Below are positions 55,464-64,000 of a DNA stretch of 64,000 nt, in pieces. Within the stretch, counting starts at the first letter, position 1. Every line of letters starts with the position of its first letter. Position numbers and translations under genes: made by a program. Under the pieces are notes generated by a model. That model worked only from the letters and a program-made list of their open reading frames with translations. It did not search any database and was not told the DNA's origin. The DNA comes from an uncultured Polaribacter sp. (GTDB lineage: Bacteria > Bacteroidota > Bacteroidia > Flavobacteriales > Flavobacteriaceae), in the NCBI RefSeq assembly GCF_947497695.1, contig NZ_CANMHM010000012.1:2616-66615 (forward strand). Reading direction: 5' to 3'.

Positions 55464-56555
55464 GTGAGAATAATAGATTGGTACATATTAAAAAGATTTT
55501 TGGTAACATTTCTGTTTACCTTATTAATATTGATTCCTATTGCAGTAGCCATAGATATATCAGAAAAGATTGATAATTTTTTAGAGCATGTAGATTTAGG
55601 TTTTTATCAAATTGTAGATGAATATTATAAGAATTTTATCATCTATTATGCCAATACCTTTATGCCTTTGGCTTTATTTATTGCTGTAATTTTATTTACA
55701 TCAAAATTATCTAACAATACAGAAATTATTGCCATTACAAATGCAAAAGTTTCATTTGCACGTTTTTTATACCCTTATTTTCTAGGTGCTACTTTAATAA
55801 CTATTATTTCTTTATTAATGAACCATTTTGTGGTACCAACGAGTAGTAAAGAAAGAAAAAAGTTTGAAAGAGAGTATATTAAAAGTAGAAGGCAAAAAAA
55901 TGAGCTCATACAAGTTAAAGATTTTAGTTTACAATTAACAGACAGTACTTATATTTTTATAAGGTCTTTTAATACAAATACAAAATATGGATCTGATTTT
56001 ACTTCTGAAGTTTATAGTGGAATTGAATTAAAATCTAAATTAGTAGCATCCAATTTTAGATATAATGACAAAGACTCTACATTTGCATTAACCAATTGGA
56101 AGTTGCGTAAACTTTTTAAGGATAAAGATAGTATTTTTTCTGGGGCTAAAATTGATACCGTATTTAACTTTACACCTAAAGATTTAATTTACAAATCTGC
56201 ATTAGCACAAGAAATGCCATCTGGTGAATTAATTAAATTTATAGACGTTTCTAAGAAAAGGGGCGTTAAAAACTTAAATGCATATTTAGTAGAATTTCAC
56301 AAAAGAACAAGTTTACCAATTGCCTCTTATATATTAACAATTATTGCTGTTGCCTTAGCTTTTAGAAAAAGAAGAGGAGGTACAGGTGTTAATCTAGCAC
56401 TGGGTATTGCTATAATGTTTTTGTACGTTTTTTTGATGAGAATATCAGAAGTTTTAGGAGCAGTTGCAGGTGTAAATTCATTTGTATATGTTTGGATGCC
56501 CAATTTATTTTTTGGAAGTTTGGCAATGTATTTCTTTGTAAAAGCTAGAGAGTAA
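55464..56555 (+). CDS. LptF/LptG-family LPS export permease
   Basis: GTG start. 'RIIDWYILKRFLVTFLFTLLIL' and a 3+3 TM layout around a periplasmic domain are typical of YjgP/YjgQ. Confidence 0.8.
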   Translation: MRIIDWYILKRFLVTFLFTLLILIPIAVAIDISEKIDNFLEHVDLGFYQIVDEYYKNFIIYYANTFMPLALFIAVILFTSKLSNNTEIIAITNAKVSFARFLYPYFLGATLITIISLLMNHFVVPTSSKERKKFEREYIKSRRQKNELIQVKDFSLQLTDSTYIFIRSFNTNTKYGSDFTSEVYSGIELKSKLVASNFRYNDKDSTFALTNWKLRKLFKDKDSIFSGAKIDTVFNFTPKDLIYKSALAQEMPSGELIKFIDVSKKRGVKNLNAYLVEFHKRTSLPIASYILTIIAVALAFRKRRGGTGVNLALGIAIMFLYVFLMRISEVLGAVAGVNSFVYVWMPNLFFGSLAMYFFVKARE

Positions 56556-56733
56556 CTTTAGAAAAGTGGCTAATTTTTTTTAGTATTTATAATGATATTA
56601 TTTGCTAATAAATTTTTTTGAATAATAAAAATATAGTTAAAACTGTTATAAAAAAGTAATGCGTTTTTAAATAAAACAAGTAATTTTATAGTATGTTTGT
56701 CTTAATAATCAATAAAAATCAAATCATTACAAT

Positions 56734-57687
56734 ATGGAATATTTAGATTTTGAAATGCCTATTAAAGAGCTTTTAGATCAACTAGATAAATGCCAAATTA
56801 TAGGTAAAGAAAGTGATGTAGATGTAAGTGCTACTTGTACTAAAATTCAAAAAAAACTAGATAAAGCTAGAAAAGATATTTATAAAAACTTAACGCCTTG
56901 GCAAAGAGTTCAATTATCTAGACATCCAGACAGACCTTATACTTTAGATTATATAAAAGCACTTTGTGGAGATACTTTTATGGAACTTCATGGAGATAGA
57001 AATGTAAAGGATGATAAAGCCATGATTGGTGGTTTAGGTAAAATTGGCAATCAATCTTTTATGTTTATTGGTCAGCAAAAAGGGTACAATACCAAAACAC
57101 GTCAGTACAGAAATTTTGGAATGGCAAACCCAGAAGGATATAGAAAAGCCTTACGTTTAATGAAAATGGCAGAGAAATTTAATATTCCTGTGGTTACTTT
57201 TTTAGATACTCCAGGTGCATATCCAGGATTAGAAGCAGAAGAACGTGGACAAGGAGAAGCTATTGCTAGAAATATTTTAGAAATGACTCGTTTAAAAACT
57301 CCAATTATTACCATTGTTATTGGTGAAGGAGCTTCTGGTGGAGCTGTAGGTATTGGAGTAGGAGATAGAGTGTATATGATGGAAAATACTTGGTACACTG
57401 TTATTTCTCCAGAATCTTGTTCTTCTATTTTATGGAGAAGTTGGGAGTATAAAGAACAAGCAGCAGCAGCATTAAAATTAACAGGAACTGATATGAAAAG
57501 GTTAAAGTTAATTGATGGGATTATTAAAGAACCTTTAGGTGGAGCCCATACTAATAGAAAAGATGCTTTTATTGCTGTTGAAAAACAAATTCTTAGTGCT
57601 TTTGATGAATTAAAAGATTTAAATGACGCAGATTTAGTGACTAAAAGAATGGGTAAATATGCAGAGATGGGAGTTTATAAAGAATAG
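56734..57687 (+). CDS. accA: Acetyl-CoA carboxylase carboxyltransferase alpha subunit
   Basis: '[12 protein letters not shown]', '[37 protein letters not shown]', 'GEGASGGA'. Confidence 0.95.
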   Translation: MEYLDFEMPIKELLDQLDKCQIIGKESDVDVSATCTKIQKKLDKARKDIYKNLTPWQRVQLSRHPDRPYTLDYIKALCGDTFMELHGDRNVKDDKAMIGGLGKIGNQSFMFIGQQKGYNTKTRQYRNFGMANPEGYRKALRLMKMAEKFNIPVVTFLDTPGAYPGLEAEERGQGEAIARNILEMTRLKTPIITIVIGEGASGGAVGIGVGDRVYMMENTWYTVISPESCSSILWRSWEYKEQAAAALKLTGTDMKRLKLIDGIIKEPLGGAHTNRKDAFIAVEKQILSAFDELKDLNDADLVTKRMGKYAEMGVYKE

Positions 57688-57709
57688 TTATTGTAAACAT
57701 TTATAATAC

Positions 57710-57747
57710 AAAAAAGGCGAAATCTATATTTAGATTTCGCCTTTTTT
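57710..57747. terminator. Bidirectional terminator between convergent accA and the thioredoxin-fold gene
   Basis: 'aaaaaaggcgaaatcta tatt tagatttcgcctttttt': 17-bp stem flanked by A-run and T-run. Confidence 0.85.
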
Positions 57748-57763
57748 AATGACTTAATGTTTT

Positions 57764-58795
57764 TTATAAATTCAAAGAATTTAACAACTCTTTTAAATTT
57801 GGGTCAGAAGGTCTTGGTGCATTTGCATCTACAATATTTCCTGCAGGATCAATTAAAATAAAACGTGGTATACCAGAAACTTGATAGGCTTGTTGAAAGC
57901 TAATATCTTGTCCAGCCCATAATTGAACCCCTTTCATTTGTTTCTCTTTTACAAAATCTCTCCATTTTTTTTCTGCAGCTTCCCAAGAGCCACCACTTCT
58001 TCTAGCTTCATCAGTAGAAATACTAACAAATTCAATGTTTTTATTATGATATTCTTTTTCTAAGGTTGATAAAAATGGAATTTGTTGTACACAAGGTCCA
58101 CACCAAGTAGCCCAAACATCTATATAAACGTATTTCCCTTTAAAAGAATCTAAAGATTTTTTTCCACCTTTAATAGCTACATAATCCTCAAATTTAGGAG
58201 ATGGGTTTCCCCTTTTAAATTTTTTATTTGAGGCATAGTTGTTTTTTAGGTAACTAATTATTTGTTTGCTTTGTTGGTTTGCTTGTTGTACCAATGTACT
58301 ATCTAAATTACTATAAGAAGACAAAATACTATCTTGTTCTTTTTCTATAGAACTTATTTTAGTATTAAAAGGACCTTCATCTAATTTAAAAAGATCATTA
58401 GGGTTTCCTATTTTTTGAGTTGTTTTAATTTGAGCTAAAATAAATTCAGAGTTAACAGCTCCTTTCCCAGAATATTCAAAATTTGTCATAGGGTTTTCTG
58501 CATTCCCTTTAATAGAAATATCAAAACCATTTTTTAAAAAAATCGGAATTCTTTTAGTGCTATTCACTTGAAAAGTATAAATATCAGCTTTCGCTACTTT
58601 TAAAGTATCTTTAAAAGAACCATCTTCTTTTATAGAAATCTGTTTAATTAAACCAGTTCTTCCATAAATTGTTACTATAGAGTCTTTATTATTTTCTAGT
58701 TTACCAGATAAAGATAAATATTCTTTGGGGTGTTCTTTAGTGCAAGAGCTAATAACTACTAACATTGTAAAAAGCACAAAACTTAATTTTTTCAT
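57764..58795 (-). CDS. TlpA/AhpC-like thioredoxin-fold lipoprotein (DUF4369-like N-domain)
   Basis: Lipobox 'VVISSC|TK'. Thioredoxin motif 'VWATWCGPC', 'GIPRFILIDPAGNIV'. Confidence 0.8.
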   Translation of the reverse strand: MKKLSFVLFTMLVVISSCTKEHPKEYLSLSGKLENNKDSIVTIYGRTGLIKQISIKEDGSFKDTLKVAKADIYTFQVNSTKRIPIFLKNGFDISIKGNAENPMTNFEYSGKGAVNSEFILAQIKTTQKIGNPNDLFKLDEGPFNTKISSIEKEQDSILSSYSNLDSTLVQQANQQSKQIISYLKNNYASNKKFKRGNPSPKFEDYVAIKGGKKSLDSFKGKYVYIDVWATWCGPCVQQIPFLSTLEKEYHNKNIEFVSISTDEARRSGGSWEAAEKKWRDFVKEKQMKGVQLWAGQDISFQQAYQVSGIPRFILIDPAGNIVDANAPRPSDPNLKELLNSLNL

Positions 58796-58887
58796 TTTTT
58801 TTAAATCTTAATTTAATTACAAATATATTGTATTTAGACGTACTAAATAATTAAAATTATCAGTAAAAATAGTACTAGAGTAATTTT

Positions 58888-59919
58888 TTAAGAGTTTTCT
58901 GTAACTTTTAAACGAGCTTTTGCTGTTATAGAAACATCAGAATAATTGTTGGTTAAAAATTTTAAATAACCAGTAATGGCAATCATTGCAGCATTATCTG
59001 TTGTGTATTCAAATTTAGGAATATAGGTTGTCCAACCAAAATGTTTCTCAGCTAAATGTAACCGATTTCTTATTTCTGAATTGGCAGAAACTCCCCCAGC
59101 AATAGCAATTTGTTTAATACCAGTTTGCTTTACAGCATTTTTTAATTTATCCATTAAAATTTCTACAATGGTATATTGAATAGAAGCACAAATATCATTG
59201 AGGTTTTCTTTAATAAAATTGGGGTTTATTTTTATTTGTTTTTGAATAAAATATAAAATTCCTGTTTTTAAACCACTAAAACTAAAATCTAAATCGCCCA
59301 CTTTTGGTTTTGTAAAAGCAAACGCTTTTGGATTGCCTAATTGAGCATATTTATCTATTAAAGGCCCTCCAGGATAAGGAAGCCCTAGTATTTTAGCAGA
59401 TTTATCAAAAGCTTCACCAACAGCATCATCAATAGTTTCTCCTAAAACTTCCATTTTAAAATGATTCGTTACTTTAACAATTTGTGTATGTCCACCACTA
59501 ATTGTTAAACAGATAAAAGGAAAAGGTGGTGTTTTGTGAGTCTTTTCTTCAATAAAATGTGATAAAATATGAGCTTGCATGTGATTTACATCTATTAAAG
59601 GTACTTTTAAACCCAAAGCCAAAGACTTTGCAAAAGAAGTACCTACCAATAATGAGCCCATTAAACCTGGTCCTCTTGTAAATGCAATTGCACACAACTG
59701 TTCTTTGCTAATATTTGCTTGGGCTATAGCTTGTTGAACAACAGGTACAATATTTTGTTGATGAGCCCTAGAAGCTAATTCAGGCACAACACCTCCATAT
59801 TTTGCATGTATTTCTTGGTTTGCAACTACATTACTTAACACTTTTGCGTTGCAAGTTACAGATGCACTTGTGTCATCACAAGAAGATTCTATACCCAATA
59901 TGTAAACCTGTTTTTCCAT
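58888..59919 (-). CDS. tsaD: tRNA N6-adenosine threonylcarbamoyltransferase
   Basis: 'ILGIESSCDDTSASV', 'VNHMQAHI', 'LTISGGHTQI', 'IAGGVSANS'. Confidence 0.95.
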   Translation of the reverse strand: MEKQVYILGIESSCDDTSASVTCNAKVLSNVVANQEIHAKYGGVVPELASRAHQQNIVPVVQQAIAQANISKEQLCAIAFTRGPGLMGSLLVGTSFAKSLALGLKVPLIDVNHMQAHILSHFIEEKTHKTPPFPFICLTISGGHTQIVKVTNHFKMEVLGETIDDAVGEAFDKSAKILGLPYPGGPLIDKYAQLGNPKAFAFTKPKVGDLDFSFSGLKTGILYFIQKQIKINPNFIKENLNDICASIQYTIVEILMDKLKNAVKQTGIKQIAIAGGVSANSEIRNRLHLAEKHFGWTTYIPKFEYTTDNAAMIAITGYLKFLTNNYSDVSITAKARLKVTENS

Positions 59920-59999
59920 TAAAATTGATAATTTAGAGCAAAACTAAGAATAATTTTATGTTGTCGCCTTTTTTTAAGAATAGAAATTTAATTCTTTGT

Positions 60000-60007
60000 T
60001 AAATTTG
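60000..60007 (+). promoter_or_regulatory. -7 box TAaaTTTG for tamB
   Basis: Exact TAnnTTTG in the tsaD-tamB divergent region, 69 nt before the tamB ORF opens. Confidence 0.35.
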
Positions 60008-60075
60008 CACGTTCTTTGTAGTAAGTGGCAATGTTTTTGCTTTATGAGTTATATTGTTGCTTTCATTTTAAATAG

Positions 60076-63000
60076 AAAAAGGTTATCAAAAGAGTTGTAA
60101 AAATAGTACTGAAATGGTCGGGGTATGTTGTACTCTTTTTACTATTGATTAGTGTTTTATTATCTATACCAACAATTCAAACAAAATTAGCCAAGTACAC
60201 TACTCAAAAACTTAATCAAGATTTTAATACCAATATTTCTATAGAAAAGATTGATTTATCTTTTCTAGGAAACGTAGAGTTAAAAGGTGTTGAAATTAAA
60301 GATCATCATCAAGATACTTTAATTTTTGTAAAAAAGTTAAGCACTTCCATTTTAAACGTTAAAAAGGTTTTAGAAAATAATGTTAATTTAGGTGCTATTT
60401 ATATTAATGGAGCCCATGTTTATATGAAAACATATAAAGGAGAAACCAATGGTAATATGGGGGTTTTTATTGATAGTTTTAGTGATGGTTCTCAAAAAGA
60501 TTCTTTAGCAACCCCATTTACATTAAAATCATCTAATGTGTATCTTAATGATTTACATTATAAAATATCGAACGATAATAACAGCACTCCACTCTCATTT
60601 TCTGCAAAAAATATTGGAGGAAGTTTACAGAATATGATGATTGCTGGACCTAATTTTTCATCAAAAATAAGAGGTCTGTATTTTATAGATAATAAAGGTT
60701 TAGAGGTAACCAGTTTAACTACAGATTTTTTGTATTCTAAAACAGCAATGCTTTTTAATAATACAACATTAAAAACCAAAAAATCAGCAATTAAGGCGAA
60801 TATAAATTTCAACTATAAAAAAGAAGATTTAGCATCCTTTAACGATAAAGTTAATATAAATGCAACCTTTTATAAAAGCGATATTTCTATACCCGATTTA
60901 AAAAAATATTACCATGAGTTAAATGGGGATGATGTAATAACACTTTCTGGCGATTTTAATGGAAAATTAAATAACTTTTCTTTGGATGAACTTTTTTTAA
61001 CATCAAAACATGGTATAAAAATAATTGGAGATTTAGATTTTGTAAATGCAGTAAACTTTGAAAGAGGATTTGTCTTTAAAGGAGATTTAAAAAATTTAAC
61101 CACTAAATACCTAGAGTTAAAAAATGTTTTGCCAAATGTATTAGGAAAAACATTACCCAGTGAGTTTAAAAAGTTTGGAGAGTTTACAATTGCTGGGAAA
61201 GTAAATGTAACTCCAAACAAAATTATTGCTGATGTAGATCTAAAATCAGAAATTGGTGGAATTATAACTGATTTACAAATTTCAAATATAAATAATATAG
61301 ATTATGCAGCTTATAATGGAAAAATACTATTAAATAACTTTAATGTTGGGCACTTGTTTAATAACCCTTTATTTGAAGAGGTTTCTTTAAAAGGAAATGT
61401 GAAAGGAAGTGGTTTTACTTTACAAAACATCAACACATCTTTTATTGGTGTAATTTCTGAACTTAATTTTAAAAATTATGAGTATCATTCTATTGATGTA
61501 AATGGACAATATCAAAACAATAAGTTTGATGGAGAGTTAAAAATTGATGATGATAATTTTAAAATGGACTTTAATGGTTTGGCAGATTTGTCTTCTGATG
61601 TAAACAACTTCGATTTTAAAACTGATATCAAATATTTAAACTTAAAAGAAACAAACCTTTTTACAAGAGATAGTATTGCTGTCTTAAAAGGAAATATTGA
61701 GTTAGATTTAGAGGGCAATACTTTTGATGACATTACAGGAAAAGCCACTTTTAAGAATATTCTATATACAAATCAGAAAAAAGAATTCAATTTTAAAGAA
61801 TTTAATGTTTCATCTTCTTTAAAAGATAGCATTAAAAGAATTGAAGTATATTCTAAAGATATTGCCAATGGTTACCTTTCTGGTAATTTTACTTTTTCAG
61901 AATTGTTGCCAGTTGCCCAGAATGCATTGGGTAGTATTTATACAAATTATAAACCTTTTAAAGTAGCACCACACCAGTTTTTAGATTTTAATTTTACAAT
62001 CTATAATCAAATAGTAACTGTGTTTTTTCCAGAGATTTCTATTGATGATAAAACCAAGATTAAAGGAAAAATAAAAGCAGATAAAAATCAATTAAGACTT
62101 ACTATTTCATCCCCTAAAATTGATGCTTATGGAAACGAAATAAAACATATATTATTAAGAACAGACAATCAAAATCCGCTTTATAATTCTCACTTAACAG
62201 CATCAGAAGTTAAAACAAAACATTATAATGTTTCAAAATTAAACTTACTGAGTTTAAATCAAAATGATACTTTATATTTTAAATCGATATTTAAAGGAGG
62301 AGTTAAAAAGGATAAAGATTTTAATCTCGATTTTTTCTATACTTTTAATCCAGAAGGAAAATCTGTAGTAGGTTTTGAAAAATCATCCTTTACCTTTAAA
62401 GAAAATGTTTGGAATATTATTCCCGATCAATTAAATGAAAATAAAGTTACTTTTAAGTTAGATGAAAATGACTTTAATTTTAGTCAATTTAAATTGATAT
62501 CTGGAGAGCAAAAAGTAGCTTTTTCTGGTAGTATAAAAGGAGATACTGAAAAAGTATTTTTAGCAGATTTAGAAAAAGTAAAATTGCAAAGTTTTTTGCC
62601 AACAATAGATAGTTTAGCTTTAAAAGGCAAGTTATCTGGTAATTTAAATTTTGTGCAAAAAGCGGGAGTTTATAGTCCAGAAGCAAAGGTTTCTATAGAG
62701 CATTTTGAGGTAAATAATTTAATTCAAGGTAATTTATTATTAAATATAAAAGGGAATAATTCTTACGAAAATTATAATGTAGATATATCTTTAAAAAATA
62801 AAAATGTAAAAAGTATCAATGCAACAGGTTCTTTAGATTTTTCAGAAAAAAGACCTTTAATAGATTTAGATGTAGATTTACAAGAGTTTGGTTTAAATGC
62901 TTTTAGCCCACTTGGTAAAGATGTTTTATCCTCTTTAAGAGGAACAGCAAGTGGAGGTTTTTCTTTAAAAGGTTTTTTAAGAAACCCTGAAATGGAGGGG

Positions 63001-64000
63001 GCACTTTCACTTAAAAATGCAGGTTTAAAATTTCCTTACCTAAATGTAGATTATAATTTTGAAGGAGAATCATTTATTTCTTTGCAAGAGCAATCTTTTA
63101 TTTTTGAAAACATTAAGCTTACTGATAGCAAACATAAAAGTAAAGGAAAACTTAAAGGGGATATAACGCATTTAAATTTCGAAAAATGGATTTTAAATAT
63201 TGACATAGAAGGAAATGATTTTTTAGTTTTAGATACAGAAAATAATGATGATGCTTTGTACTTTGGTACTGCATTTATAGATGGTACTGCAAATATTACA
63301 GGCCTAACAGATCAATTAACTATAGACATTAATGCAAAAACTATGAATGGAACCACCTTTGTTGTTCCTTTAAAAGACCTAGAAACTGTTAATAGTTATA
63401 AATTAGTTCATTTTAAATCAGGTGAAATAGCAGTTGATGAAAAACAGCAGCAAATTGCTTTAGAGTCAATTAAAGGTTTGTCTTTAAATATGAATCTAGA
63501 AGTTACTAAAGATGCAACTGCACAAGTAGTAATTGATGAGGAAAGTGGAAGCCAATTAAAAGGTAATGGAACAGGAAATTTAGATATTAGAATTAATACA
63601 CGTGGTAAGTTTGAAATGTATGGAGATTATGCCATAAATAGTGGAGTTTATGATTTTAAATATGGAGGTATTGTAAACAAACCATTTCTTATTCAAAAAG
63701 GAGGAACCGTTTCTTGGAACGGAAATCCTTATGAAGCAAATTTAGATGTAATTGCAATTTACAAGGCAAAAGCAAATCCTGCTGTTTTGTTAAATAATTT
63801 TAATTCTAATAGAAAAATTGAAGTAGATTTGGTGACCAAAATAACAGGAGGCCTATTTAGCTCTACTCAAGAATTAGACATTCAATTAACAAATGTAGAC
63901 CCTACAATTGCAAGTGAGTTAGAATTTATTTTGAATGATAATAATGTAAATGAAAAAACAACACAGTTTATATCTTTATTAGCTTTAGGAAATTTTACAA
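60076..64000 (+). CDS. tamB: Translocation and assembly module protein TamB (DUF490), 3'-truncated by window edge; start codon unresolved
   Basis: Not in the ORF track because there is no stop in the window. Manual translation is open from 60076 to 64000: 'KKVIKRVVKIVLKWSGYVVLFLLLISVLLSIPTIQTKLAKYTTQKLNQDF...' (N-terminal anchor) through to '...GNGTGNLDIRINTRGKFEMYGDYAINSGVYDFKYGG...VSWNGNPYEANLDVIAIY' (DUF490-like). Divergent from tsaD. Confidence 0.8.

Noticed and set aside
60558-62686. Four minus-strand ORFs (60558-60812, 60909-61220, 61512-61748, 62489-62686) are the only listed ORFs after 59919.
   Set aside because: They are shadows of the long + strand tamB frame, which the ORF track omits because it has no stop inside the window. 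Their products are low-complexity Phe/Lys/Ser/Leu-rich sequences.

Overview
AT-rich segment (roughly 30% G+C by eye) that looks like the chromosome of a marine Flavobacteriia-type Bacteroidota. Evidence: TAnnTTTG -7 boxes, many lipoproteins and a T9SS C-terminal sorting domain. A Polaribacter/Tenacibaculum-like origin is only a guess. I support 42 protein-coding genes and saw no rRNA, tRNA, CRISPR, transposase or integrase. The flanks are housekeeping genes (yggS, serA, serC, ychF, gcvT, topB, alkB, tgt, accA, tsaD, an LptF/G permease, a 3'-truncated tamB) plus a DUF4331/TPR/TonB-receptor cluster and an ECF sigma/anti-sigma pair. The centre (15.9-44.2 kb) is a beta-1,3-glucan (laminarin)-type polysaccharide utilization locus. 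It holds GH16, GH17, GH30, a GPH/MFS symporter, a 1152-aa cytoplasmic GH94-clan (GH149/GH161-like) phosphorylase candidate, CBM/PKD/Big_2 surface lipoproteins, an FG-GAP/ASPIC protein and a T9SS-secreted protein built from three nearly identical 510-bp modules. Two paralogous membrane-anchored propeller/Y_Y_Y/LuxR regulators bracket it. The main candidate novelty is that the locus has no SusC/SusD pair. The slot where SusC would sit is filled by a 1056-aa exported protein that fuses a clan GH-A glycosidase-like TIM barrel to a roughly 600-aa region with outer-membrane beta-barrel character, followed by glycan-binding lipoproteins. Identical 14- and 16-nt motifs lie upstream of that operon and of the T9SS gene and are candidate operators. 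Other oddities: a chimeric AraC-membrane/beta-lactamase ORF, a tamB ORF without a usable start codon (ATAG where ATG is expected), REP-like intergenic elements, 8-bp tandem repeats in the serC/yggS leaders, and an unannotated 59-aa Cys-rich lipoprotein ORF. All family assignments come from motif recognition by eye. No searches were run.
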